Shown here: one piece after another, positions 11,650-23,100 of the stretch
Layout: each line of letters starts with the position of its first letter
How positions within the stretch are numbered: position 1 is the first letter of the stretch
Assembly: GCF_030028105.1 (NCBI RefSeq)
Contig: NC_092384.1
Coordinates: 36,277,553 to 36,341,552 of the forward strand
Direction of reading: 5' to 3'
Origin: Mobula birostris
Taxonomy: Eukaryota
Length of the DNA stretch: 64,000 bases
Notes under the pieces: model-generated
The model's input: the letters and a program-made list of their open reading frames with translations, nothing else
Told to the model about the DNA's origin: nothing
Database searches by the model: none
Translations under genes and position numbers: made by a program

Positions 11650-13885
11650 CTGGAACTGGATCCTTGACTTCCTAACCGGAAGACCACAAACTATACGGAT
11701 TGGTAATAACATCACCTCGCCTACAATCAACACTGGCACACCTCATGGATATGTGCTTAGCCCACTGTTCTATTCTCTCTACACCCATGACTGTATGGCT
11801 AGGCACAGCTCAAATGCCATCTATAAATTTGCTGATGATACAACCATTGTTGGCAGAATCTCAGATGGTGATGATAGGGCTTACAGGAGTGAGATATACC
11901 AGCTGGTTGAGTGGTGTCGCAGCAAAAACCTTGCACTCAACGTCAGTAAGACCAAAGAGCTGATTGCGGACTTCAGAAAGGGTAAAACGAGAGAACACAC
12001 ACCGATCCTTATAGAGGAAGTAGAAATGGAATAAGTGAGCAATTTCAAGTTCCTAGGTGTTAATATCTCTGAGGACCTCACCTGGTTCCAGCATATTGAT
12101 GCAGCTATAAAGAAGGCAAGACAACATCTATATTTCATTTCAAGTTTGAAGAGATTTGAAATGGCACCTAAAACACTCAAATTTCTACAGATATACCGTG
12201 GAGGGCATTCTGACTGTCTGCATCACTGTAAGGGAGAGGGGTGGGCTACTGCACAGGATAGAAGTCAGCTGCAGAGACTGGTCAAATTAGTCAGCTCCAT
12301 CTTGAGTACTAGCCTCCATAGTATCCAAGACATCTTCAAGAAGCAGTGTCTCAAAAAGGCGGTGTCTATCATTAAGGACCCCCACCACCCAGAGCATGCC
12401 CTCTTCTCATTGTTACCATCAGGAAAGAGATACAGAAGCCTGAAAGCACACACACAGTGACTCATGGAACAGCTTCTTCCCCTCTGCCATTTGATTTCTG
12501 AATGGACATTGAAATCATGAACACTACCTCACTCCCTTTCTTTCAAATTTCTGTTTTTGCACTATTTATTTAACCATTTGATATAAATATATATACAATA
12601 GCCACCGCTCTACATACAGTCCTTACACATCTGGAGAAGAAGGATGTTTATGTGAGAATGCTGTTCTTGGATTACAGTTCAGCATTCAACACCATAGTTT
12701 CATCCAGGCTCGACAAGAAGCTCAGAGACCTCGTCCTTGACCCTGCCTTGTGCAGCTGGATCCTGGACTTCCTGTCAGATTACCAGCAGATGGTAAGAGT
12801 GGAGTCTGTCACTTCCAGCCCTCTGATTCTCAATACAGGAGGCCCTCGGGGCTGTGTACTGACTCCCCTCCTTTACTCCCTGTATGCCCATAACTGTGTC
12901 GCCACTCATAGCTCTAATCTGCTAACTAAATTTGCTGACAACACTACATTTATTGGCCTTATCTCAAACGATAACGAGGTGGCCTAAATAAAAGAAGTTA
13001 TCTCTCTGACACAATGGTGTCAAGAAAACAACCTCTCCCTCAGTATCGCAAAAACAAAGGAGCTAGTTGTGGATTACAGGAGGAATGGAGATGGGCTAAC
13101 CCCTATTGACATCAATGGATCTGGGGTTGAGAGGGTAAACAGCTTTAAGTTCCTTGGCATCCACAGCACCGAGGACCTCACGTGGTCTGTACACACCAGC
13201 CGTGTGGTGAAAAAGGCACAACAGCGCCTCTTTCACCTCAGACAGTTGAGGAAGTTTGCTATGGGCCCCCAGATCCTAAAAATTTTCTACAGGGATGCAA
13301 TTGAGAGCATCCTGACTAGCTGCATCACTGCCTGGTATGGGAACTGCATCTCCCTTAATCGCAGGATTCTGCAGAGAGTGGTGCGGACAGCCCAGTGTAA
13401 CTGTAGTTGTGAACTTCCCATGATTCAGGACACTTACAAAGACAGTTGTGTAAAAAGGGCCCATAGGATCATTGGGTCAGCCCAACCACAATCTGTTCCA
13501 GCTGCTACCATCCGGGCAGCAGTACCGCAGCATAAAAGCCAGGACCAACAGTCTCTAGGACAGCTTCTTCCACCAGGCCATCAGACTGATTAACTCACAC
13601 TGATTTAAGTGTACTCTATGTTAGATATACTGTTCTATTCATTATAAATTATTATAAATTACTGTGATTGCACATTGCACATTTAGATGGAGATGTAACC
13701 TAAAGAATTTTACTCTTCGTGTATGTGAAGGATGTAAGAAATAAAGTCAATTCAATTTAATTCAATTCAATACTTACTGTAACTCAGTTTTTTCCTATAT
13801 TATCATGTATTGCATTGTACTGCTGCCTCAAGGCTAATAAATTTCATGACATGTGCCAGTGATATTAAACCTAATTCTGATTCTG
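11650..13885 (+). mobile_element. Rex1/Babar LINE, 5'-truncated, 3' UTR split by a second Rex1 copy
   Basis: [47 protein letters not shown]; the 3' UTR resumes at 13771 and ends in (attctg)n. Confidence 0.93.
12596..13770 (+). mobile_element. Rex1/Babar LINE of a different subfamily, nested
   Basis: RMLFLDYSSAFNTI, KFADNTT, KKAQQRLFHLRQLRKF, IESILTSCITAWYG; (ttcaa)n tail. Confidence 0.93.
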
Positions 13886-14099
13886 CTTCTGAAATCTCAT
13901 ACACTACACTACAGAAAGCAGCCATTTGCCAAATCATGTGAGCTGGTCCTACATAGGAGTAATCCATCTAGTCTCATTCCCCTATCTTCTACTAGTCCTG
14001 CAAATTATTTTATTTACTTATCCAGCCCTCTTGGTCTCTAGAATTGAATCTGCCTCCACTACTATCTCATGGTGCATTATTTACCCACCCAAAATTGAA

Positions 14100-14642
14100 C
14101 TCCAGACTAGATGTCAATTATGGCAGGACTTACATGCTATAATAGGCTACGAAAGGAAATCAACAGCATCGCCAACAACAATGCATCCCTTTCAGATGAG
14201 ATCCATGTATCCTATCCGTGTTTGAACAGAAGGAAATTGGAATGTTGTAACCCACCCTGACTGCGCCTGAACCCGCAGCCACTATTGTAGATGTAAAATC
14301 AGTCCTCGGGGGAGTGAATAAGTGAAAAGCATCTGGTACTTGATGGTCTAGCTATGTCTTTAAATCATACGCAGGCCATTTGATGGAGGTATGTTCAGAT
14401 ATTTTTAACCTCACTTTGCTTCACTCTTAAGTTCCATCACCATCATCTGCAGATTTCTCATTACAGTTATGTCAGAAAACAACGTAATCTTTGGAGCATC
14501 TACACTTTAAAAACACCTGTGATAGACTATTGTTTATTGGCGACAGCTCTACCTTCAATAGCATAATTCCAAGAAGCTTCATCTCAAAATTCTACCTGAA
14601 TCTCCACTCTTTGTAACTGGATCCTTGACTTCCTGACTAACT
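14100..14642 (+). mobile_element. Degenerate Rex1/Babar fragment
   Basis: QLWQDLHAI-like segment, atttttaacctcactttg and tgtaactggatccttgacttcctgac match other Rex1 copies. Confidence 0.65.
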
Positions 14643-14884
14643 GGGGATTGAGATGAAGAGCCATGAGATAATGTTGTAGCTCTATAAAACTGTTTAAACC
14701 ACACTTGGAGTATTGTTTTCATTCTTGTATTGAAGGAATTGGAGGTTTTAGAGAGGGTGCTGAGGAGATTTACCAGGATGCTGACTGGATTAGAGAGTAT
14801 GTCTTGTGAGGAAAGGGAAGATGAACTTGAGCTTTTCTCTTTGGAGTGAAGGAGGATAAAAGTGACTTGATGGAGGTGTGCACG

Positions 14885-15358
14885 TTCATGGTCTTCTACT
14901 GCTGTAACCCATTCAGCTCAAGGTTTGACATGGTGTATGTTCAGAGATGCTCTTCTGCACACCACTGTTGTAACGCTTGGTTATTTGAGTTATGTGTCAC
15001 ATTTCTGTCAGCTTGAACCAATCTGGTCATTCTTCTCTGACTTCTCTCAGGAACAGGATGTTTTCACCCACAAGATGTTTTTCCACTCCCTGGATGGTTT
15101 TTGTTTTTTGCACCATTCTCTGTAAACTCCAGAGACCATTTGTCGTGAAAAGTCTGAGAAGTTCAGTAGTTTCTGAACTATTCAAACCATCCCATGTAGC
15201 ACCAACAATCAATTAGCACATATTTCTTCTCCTTACTGATGTTTGGTCTGAACAAAAACTTAACCATGTCTGCATGCTTTTAAGCATTGAGTTGCTGCCA
15301 CATGATTTGGATTAATGAGCAGGTGTACAGGTGTACCTAATAAACTTGTCACTGAGTG
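14885..15358. mobile_element. Tc1/mariner non-autonomous fragment (one end)
   Basis: Ends in caggtgtacctaataaacttgtcactgagtg followed by TA (15359-15360), a Tc1-type TIR plus TA target; no matching left TIR seen. Confidence 0.7.
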
Positions 15359-15453
15359 TATGAGATAACAAAGACATAGACGGAGTGGACAACCAGTGCC
15401 TTTTTCCTAGGGCAGAAAAGTCAAATGCGAGAGGACATGATTTTAAGAGAGTT

Positions 15454-16186
15454 AAGATGGTGCCAACTGGCTGCTTCTTTGATCTCATCTGAGGAAACAG
15501 CTTAAATTCCTCGCTTTAATGTCTCTTTTTTTTCTTTTCAAGGTGGTTGAAGATCAAGCAAGGTCCTGATCTGCAAGTGACACTCAAACTGTGTTTTTTT
15601 TTATGGTGGATGAGTTTGCCTTCCTGGAGCTTGTCGGCTGACTATTTTCCAACCTTCACCGGGTGCGGCCCCTGTCACGACCGATTTCAGGCCAGTGTTG
15701 CCGATGAGACGTTGCGGGAGATGGAACATCAGGATTTCGCTGCGGTGGATGTATGGAAAAGCGACGCGGCAGACTGTAATATCATAACAGCGACTGTCAG
15801 TCTCTCCTTTTGTCGTGAAAATAGGTGATATCCCTCTGTCCCTTGTTAGCGAGAGAGGGAGAGCCTGTGGCATGTCGAACTGTCGAGTAAACAATAGATT
15901 TTTTAACTGGAGGTCATGGTCTCTCTTTGGGTGCTTTGCTGTTGCTTGGTGGGTGGTGGACACTGATAAATTTTTGCTGAAATGGGCAGGCGGGGGAGGT
16001 TGATGAGTTGATGCTTGCTGCTAACTGCACAGGGGAGGAGGAAGAGGAAGGTTTGGGATTCTAATGGTTTTCTGTCATTCATTCCCTTGGGTTCTTCCGT
16101 TTTTCGTGGATGTCTGCGAAGACAAGTATTTCAGGTTGTATACTGTACACGTTCTTGGATGATAAACAGAACCATTTGAACCATTT
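15454..16186 (+). mobile_element. Non-coding retroposon with an aagatgg 5' end and (gaaccattt)2 tail
   Basis: Interrupts CR1; its 3' end resembles the insertion at 59915-59985. Confidence 0.6.
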
Positions 16187-16469
16187 GGAAAGTATAGAGG
16201 GGGATCTCAGAGGTAGTGTTTTTTTACACAGAGTGATATGTGCCTGGAATGCTCTGCTGGGGTAGTGATAGAGGTAGATATATTATGGACATTCAGATTC
16301 TTAGACACATGGATGAAAGTAAAGTGGAGAGCTACATGGGAGAAAAGTGTTAGATTGATCTTGGAGTAGATTAAAAGGTTGGCACCACTTTGTGGGCCAA
16401 AGGTTCTTGTATTTTGCTGTACTGTTCTATGTTCCAGAATTGTAGGGAGAGTTTAGCACATTATGAAAA

Positions 16470-16845
16470 TCAGCCTCTCTTCCATGGATTCTATCGGTAC
16501 TTCTCATTGCAACCAAACACTCTGCTCACCATGGCCTTCCTCTCATCTCCCTTTTTCCATGGCATAGAAGATACAAAAGCCAAAGGTATGTGCCGGCAAG
16601 GACAGCTTCTATCCCACCACTATAAGACTACTGAATGATTCCTTAGTGCGATAAAATGGATTCTTGACCTCACAATCTACCTTGTTATGATCTTGCACTT
16701 TATTGTTTTAACTGTACTGCACTTTCTATATAACCGTTAACTCTTTATTCTGCATTCTGCTATTATTGCAATGAATTGGTGTGTATGAACAGTACACAAG
16801 TCAAGCTTCTCACCATACTTCAGTACGTAGGGCAAAAATAAACCA
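16470..16845 (+). mobile_element. Degenerate Rex1-like 3' fragment
   Basis: ggcatagaagatacaaaagcc..caaggacagcttctatccc resembles the Rex1 C-terminus and 3' UTR. Confidence 0.55.
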
Positions 16846-17261
16846 GTTTTCCAAATTTACCATTTGGTTAGCCTTAAGTGAACCGCTACCTCCACAGTAC
16901 CCGAAGCCTGTGTTTGTTCTTAATACTCTGATACAGAAAGTTCAAGCATGGCAAGACAAATGGATGACATATTAATAAATGTATGATCAAACTACAAAGA
17001 GGAATTGCATCTTGTTAAGTTGGCAAGTGCAGCAAATGATTGGTATCACATTTATTCACAATAGACTCTGTTGAATATTCAGTAAATAAAGGTTATAAAA
17101 TTATAGATATTGTTCCAAAGCAGAAGTATGATAAAATGGTCTTGGAATTACTGTATATGCGCAAACACGAGGAAATCTGCAGATGCTGGAAATTCAAGCA
17201 ACACATACAAAATGCTGGTGGAACGCAGCAGGCCAGGCAGCATCTATACAGGAAGAAGTAC

Positions 17262-17297
17262 AGTCGACGTTTCGGGCCGAGACCCTTTGTCAGGACG
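17262..17297 (-). ncRNA. Minimal type I hammerhead ribozyme motif (core G8>A)
   Basis: Minus strand: gtc CTGACAA a gggt-ctcg-gccc GAAAC GTC gac. Confidence 0.75.
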
Positions 17298-17619
17298 AAC
17301 TGAAAGAAGAGATAGTATGAGATTTGAAAGTGGGAGGGGGAGGGCTAGATACGAAATGATAGGAGAAGACAGGAGGGGGAGGGATGGAGCCAAGAGCTGG
17401 ACAGGTGATTGGCAAAAGGGATACCAGGCTGAAGAATGGAGAGGATCATGGGATGGGAAAGAAAGGAGGAGGGGAGCATCGGAGGAAGATATAGTGAGAG
17501 GGACAGAGGGAGAAAAGAGGGAGAGAAAGAAAGGGGAAAAAATAAAAAATAATAAACAAATAAATAAGGGATGGGGTAAGAAGAGGAGGAGGGGCATTAA
17601 CGGAAATTAGAGAAGTCAA

Positions 17620-19100
17620 TGTTCATGCCATCAGGTTGGAGGCTACCCAGATGGAATATAAAGTGTTGTTCCTCCAATCTGAGTGTGGCTTCATCTCAAC
17701 AGTACAGGAGGCCATGTATAACATATCAGAATGGGAGTGGGATGTGGAAATAAAATGTGTGGCCACTGGGAGATCCTGCTTCCTCTGGTGGACAGAGCGT
17801 AAGTGTTCAGCGAAATGGTCTCCCAGTCTGTGTCAGGTCTCACCAATATATAGAAGACCACACCAGGAGCACCAGACGCAGCATATCACCCCAGCCGACT
17901 CACAGGTGAAGTGTCGCCTCACCTGGAAGGACTGTCTGGGGCCCTGAATGGTGGTGAGGGAGGAAGTGTAAGGGCATGTGTAGCACTTGTTCCGCTTACA
18001 AGGATAACTGCTGGGAGGAAATCGGTGGGGAGGGATGGGGGGAATGAGGGGACAAGGGAGTCACGTAGGGAGCGATCCCTGCAGAAAGCACAGTGGGGGG
18101 GGGGAGGGAAAGATGTGCTTAGTGGTGGGATCCCGTTGGAGGTGGCAGAAGTTACAGAGAATTATATGTTGGACCCGGAGGCTGGTGGGGTGGTAGGTGA
18201 GGACAACGGGAACCCTGTTCCTAGTGGGGTGACGGGAGGATGGAGTGACAGCAGATGTGCGTGAAATGGGGGAGATGCGTTTGAGAGCAGAGTTGATGGT
18301 GGAGGAAGGGAAACCCCCTTTCTTTAAAAAAGGAAGACATCTCCTTCGTCCTGGAATGAAAAGCCTCATCCTGAGAGCAGATGCAGCAGAGACGAAGGAA
18401 TTGCGAGAAGGGGATGGCATTTTTGCAAGAGATTGGGTGGGAAGAGGAATAGTCCAGGTAGCTGTGAGAGTCCATAGGCTTATAGATAAGCTGTCTCCAG
18501 AGATAGAGACAGAAAGATCTAGAAAGGGGAGGGAGGTCTCGGAAATGGACCAGGTAAACTTGAGGGCAGGGTGAAAGTTGGAAGCAAAATTAATGAAGTC
18601 AATGAGCTCAGCATGCGTGCAGGAAGCAACACCAATGCAGTCGTTGATGTAGCAAAGGAAAAGTGGGGGACAGATACCAGTATAGGCTTGGAACATGGAT
18701 TGTTCCACAAAGCCAACAAAAAGGCAGGCATAGCTGGGGCCCATACGGGTGCCCATGGCTACACCTTTAGTTTGGAGGAAGTGGGAGGAGCCAAAGGAGA
18801 AATTATTAAGGGTAAGGACTAATTCTGCTAGACAGAGGAGAGTGGTGGTAGAGGGCAACTGGTTAGGTCTGGAATCCAAAAAGAAGCGGAGAGCTTTGAG
18901 ACCTTCCTGGTGGGGGATGGAAGTATATAGGGACTGGACATAAACGTGAAAATAAAGCGGTGGGGGCCAGGGAACTTAAAATCATTGAAAAAATTCAGAG
19001 CGTAAGAAGTGTCATGAACATAGGTGGGAAGTGATTGAACAAGGGGGGGTTAAAACAGTGTTGAGGTATGCAGAAATGAGTTTGGTGGGGCAGGAGCAAG
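17620..19100 (-). pseudogene. Penelope RT / GIY-YIG endonuclease, disrupted
   Basis: LQTKGVAMGTRMGPSYACLF, FLCYINDCIG (RYIDD-derived), LPFLDL, NAIPFSQFLRL; GVICCVWCSWCGLLYIGET at about 17830-17895; frameshifts and stops. Confidence 0.9.
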
Positions 19101-19354
19101 CTTTATTTTCACCATGGATGTCCAGTCCCTATATACCTCCATCTCACTATATCTTCCTTTGATGCTCCCCTCCCCCTTTCTTTTGTCTAGGCCTCCCGTC
19201 CCATCATCCTCTCCCTTCTCCAGCCTGGTATCCCTTTTGCCAATCAACTTTCCAGCTCTTAGCTCCATCCCTCCCCCTCCTGTCTTCTCCTATCATTTCA
19301 GGTCTCCCCCTCCCCCTCCCACTTTCAAATCTCTTACTAGCTCTTCTTTCAGTT

Positions 19355-19390
19355 AGTCCTGATGAAGGGTCTCGGCCCGAAACATCAACT
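19355..19390 (+). ncRNA. Minimal type I hammerhead ribozyme motif (stem III and stem I mutated)
   Basis: agtc CTGATGA a gggt-ctcg-gccc GAAAC ATC aact. Confidence 0.75.
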
Positions 19391-19899
19391 GTACATCTTC
19401 CTAGAGATGCTGCCTGGCCTGCTGCGTTCCACCAGCATTTTGTGTGTGTTGCTTGGAATTATATGGATTGTTTCTCCTCTCTGCCATTGCTAACTAAAAC
19501 CAGACAATATGGACATCTACTTCTTGCAGTTATCGCCCTTTTTCTCATGTTCAACCCTGAATATTGCTGGAAAGGAAGCTGTCAGAAGCATGAATGTTCC
19601 ATTAGTTTGCCATTGAGTTTTTTTTCATGTAAGTTGTGAGTGAAAAAAGGATTAGCAGCAAAAGAGGGGTGTTTACATACTGATCGCACATTATGTTCAC
19701 ATTACTGGAGTCACTGGAGAACAATCAGAAGCAAGAAATGTGTTAGAATTTCTTAATTTCAAACCAAGTCACTCAGGCCATTTCTAGTGCTTGGCTATGA
19801 TAAGATATTGTAAAGTGATATATTTATTCCACTTTTTTATTCTGGCATCTTCCCCCTTCTTTTCTAGTAAGTATCTCAGCCAGAAATGTCGGCTGTTTC

Positions 19900-19979
19900 T
19901 GTAAGTGCACTCGTGAGCAGACGATTAAAGTTGGTGCACATGCGCTGTTGTTTTTATCTGAAATATCTGTCTCGAAACA
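19900..19979 (+). repeat. 5' LTR (about 80 bp; left boundary uncertain)
   Basis: tgcactcgtgagcagac...gaaaca is shared with 24647-24718; contains ATTAAA; followed by tggtagc. Confidence 0.85.
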
Positions 19980-19990
19980 TGGTAGCTTGG
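19980..19990 (+). promoter_or_regulatory. Putative primer-binding site
   Basis: TGGTAGC directly after the LTR CA; 7-nt match to the initiator tRNA-Met PBS (TGGTAGCAGAG), then diverges. Confidence 0.5.
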
Positions 19991-20118
19991 TGCGATTCGG
20001 AAGATTGCTTTTTTCAACTGCAGTGCCTGATTTTTTCAACTTGTAGTTGGCAGCATAATAATAGCGCAACTCTGCAACATCAGAGAGTGAGTGTAAGAGT
20101 AGAAAAATATCGACTGAG

Positions 20119-23100
20119 ATGAGCAACCAGCCACAAATAGAGACGGGTGCAGTAGCAATGCTGGGAGGTGAGACAGCAAAATCTCAGCGGCACCCAGCAC
20201 CCGCGGGCGACCCCGTGCCGGGGAACCATGGTCGGGGCGGAAATCCTCCCCCAGTCAGCGGCATCTGCCCACCACCGGCTGTGACGGTCAACCGCGGAGT
20301 AATAGACGGATGGAAGACATGGCGGCAGATGTGGACTAACTACAACATCGTAGCACAACTGCACAGACAGGTTCCAGCGTACCAGACGGCATTATTTTTA
20401 CATACAATTGGACCGTCAGGACTTGAGGTCTACAACAGTTTTGTGTTCGCAGATGAGGCTAAAGGCAAGACCTCACAAAGATTTTAGCTGCATTTGACAG
20501 ATATGCTATCGGTAAGAAAAATGAGACTTATGAGGGTACTTGTTCAGCAAGCGGCAACAAGAACAAGCTGAGACCGTTGAATCATTTCTCGCCAGCCTTA
20601 GATCTCTTGCAAAGACATGTAATTTTTGCTCGAGTATGTCAGACAGTCTGCTGAGAGACAAGATTGTACTGGGCATTAACGACTCCCAAACCAGAAAACG
20701 TCTGTTACAAGAGAGAAGGCTGTCGCTCAATGACTGCACTGACATCTGTAAAAGCACAGAAATGGCTGAATCACACCTGCAAGCATTCAGTACAGCTGCA
20801 GACAGCAGGTCCGCTACTGTTCATGGGATTAAACCTTGCACTAACAAGAAAGGTTCGAAGCATCCTGGACAGAAGGCTGGTGCTAGTGGTGGAGCCAGAG
20901 CAAAAGGCACCTTGAACAGCCACAGAAGCAAAGTGAACCCTTGCACGTACTGTGGCACGGAACATGCAAGAGACAAGCAACAGTGCCCAGCACATGGACA
21001 GGTGTGCAAGCCGTGTGGCATTCAAAACCACTTTGCAAAGGTATGCAAGCAGAAGCCCGTGCATGGGGTGGAAGCACAAAGCGATGACCAAACCGACAGT
21101 GACAGCAGCACCGAGTTTATCGACAGTGTCACACTGGTGGTCAGCAGATTGAAGATAAAGGATGACGTAGTCACACAGATGCTCATCACTGGAAATTCAA
21201 TAGACATCCAAGCCGACAGCGGGGCGAGTATTAACATTTCACTCTGCAAGTACTTGGAGGGAGTAGACCACACACTAAGACAATGCACAAAAAAGCTGAT
21301 GATGTGGAACAAGACCACCATGGATGCAGGAGGGATGTGCAGAGTGATGTTGCGTAACCCCATGACGAACCGCAAGTATTCTGTCGAATTTGTCGTGGTC
21401 ACTGATGACTTTATACCATTGCTGGGAAGCAGGACCAGCCAGCAAGTGAAGCTGATTACAGTCAACAATGACAACTTTCACAGGGTGCATGCATCTACAC
21501 TTAAAGAAGAACAATGCACACCAGAAGAATGCTATGCAGAGGTGTTCGATGATGTGCTCGGGGGGCTTCCGGGTGCAGCCCACCTGCAGATTGATGAGGA
21601 AGTTCAACGCACAGTGTTACCCCCATGACATCTACCTCACGCTATGAAGCGGAAAGTGAAAGCTGAGCTTGATCAACTGGTAGACCGCAAGGTGATAGCT
21701 CCAGTCCATGAACCTACAAGGTGGGTTAGCCAGTTAGTGGTCGCAGAGAACGGCAATCTTTGTATATGTATTGACCCTCGACCATTGAACAAAGTGCTGA
21801 GGAGAGAACACTGCCCCCTCCCGGTGATAGAGGACATTTTGCCCGATCTTGACCAGGCTAAGGTTTTCAGCAAGCGTGATATGAGTTCTGCATTCTGGCA
21901 AGTGAAATTGGACAGTGAATCAGCGTGCTCACCACTTTCAGTACACCTTTCGGGTGGTATAGATGGCTCAGACTCTCGTTTGGAACCAGTGTTTCATCAG
22001 GGATCTTCCAGCGCAGGCTGCATCAGGTGCTGGAAGGGCTACCAGGAGTGATCTGCATCGCAGATGACATTCTGGTGTATGGAAAAGGGGAAATGCAGGA
22101 AAAGGCAATCGCCAATCATGATGTAAAACTTGAGCAGCTATTACAAGGTTGTGCAGGGCAGCATATTAAGCTCAACAAGAACAAATCTATCTTCAGAGCG
22201 ACAGAGATACCCTTTTTGGGGAATCTCATCACAAGTGAGGGACTTCAGCCTGATCCTAAAAAGGTCGCTGACGTTCTCAACATGCCAGCACCCACGGATG
22301 TGCAGGGAGTGCAGCGATTGTTCGGATTTGTCAGCTACCTGAGCCGTTTTCTACCAAGTCTCTCAGATACCCATGAGCCAATAAGACAGCTGACAAAGCC
22401 AGCTGTAGCATGGGAGCGGTCAGCTGAGCAGCAAAGCGCTCTCTCCAAGATCAAGCGGATGGTATCCGAAGCACCGGCGTTAGCAGACTACAATTCTAAG
22501 GAAGAGCTGACCATCCAATGTGACGCCAGCAGCAAAGGCCTAGGGGCAGCACTCCTGCAGAATGGACGTCCGATCACATATGCAAGCAGAGCGCTAACGG
22601 ACACAGAAACACGTTACGCAGCGATCAAAAAGGAAATGCTCGCAATCGTTTCGCACTTGAGCATTTTCATCAATACACTGTTGGCTGCTTCACAAGAGTA
22701 CTCAGCGATCACAAGCCGCTCGAAATGATAGTTAAGAAGCCGTTGGTGAAGGCACCAAAGCGCCTACAGGGAATGCTTCTTCACCTGCAGAGCTATGACT
22801 TCGACATCACCTGCTGTCAAGGAAAGCTCATGCACCTGCGGATACGCTATCGCGAACAGTTAGCGGTACTCTAGGCCAGGAGAACAGCTTCGACGAAGTC
22901 AACGTGCCATCGCACCTGCCAATCCGCAATGAGCGTCTAGAGCAGATTCGCATAGAAACAGCGAAAGATGACACACTACAGATGTTGAAATGTGTAATCG
23001 AGCGAACGTGACGCGCTACCAGAACAACTTACACCTCACTATAGCTATAGGGATGAGCTCGCAGTCCAAGACAGCTTAATCTTCAAAGGTGAGCGTGTCA

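Larger units (their letters stand above)
14645..16432 (+). mobile_element. CR1 3' portion interrupted by two insertions
   Basis: CR1 pieces at about 14645-14880, 15361-15450 and 16187-16432 are collinear and end in ctgttctatgttc. Confidence 0.75.
17151..19451 (-). mobile_element. Penelope-like element, 5'-truncated, with inverted pseudo-LTRs
   Basis: Minus-strand RT and GIY-YIG; about 17185-17500 and 19146-19455 are inverted copies; flanking direct repeat CTTGGAATTA (17141-17150, 19452-19461). Confidence 0.92.

Noticed and set aside
13069-13593. Similarity to the ALKBH8 N-terminal-like (DUF1891) region
   Set aside because: This segment is the normal C-terminal part of Rex1/Babar ORFs, not a host gene
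17110-17610. 166-aa Arg/Gly/Lys-rich ORF and its antisense partner
   Set aside because: Reads through the purine-rich Penelope pLTR; compositional artefact
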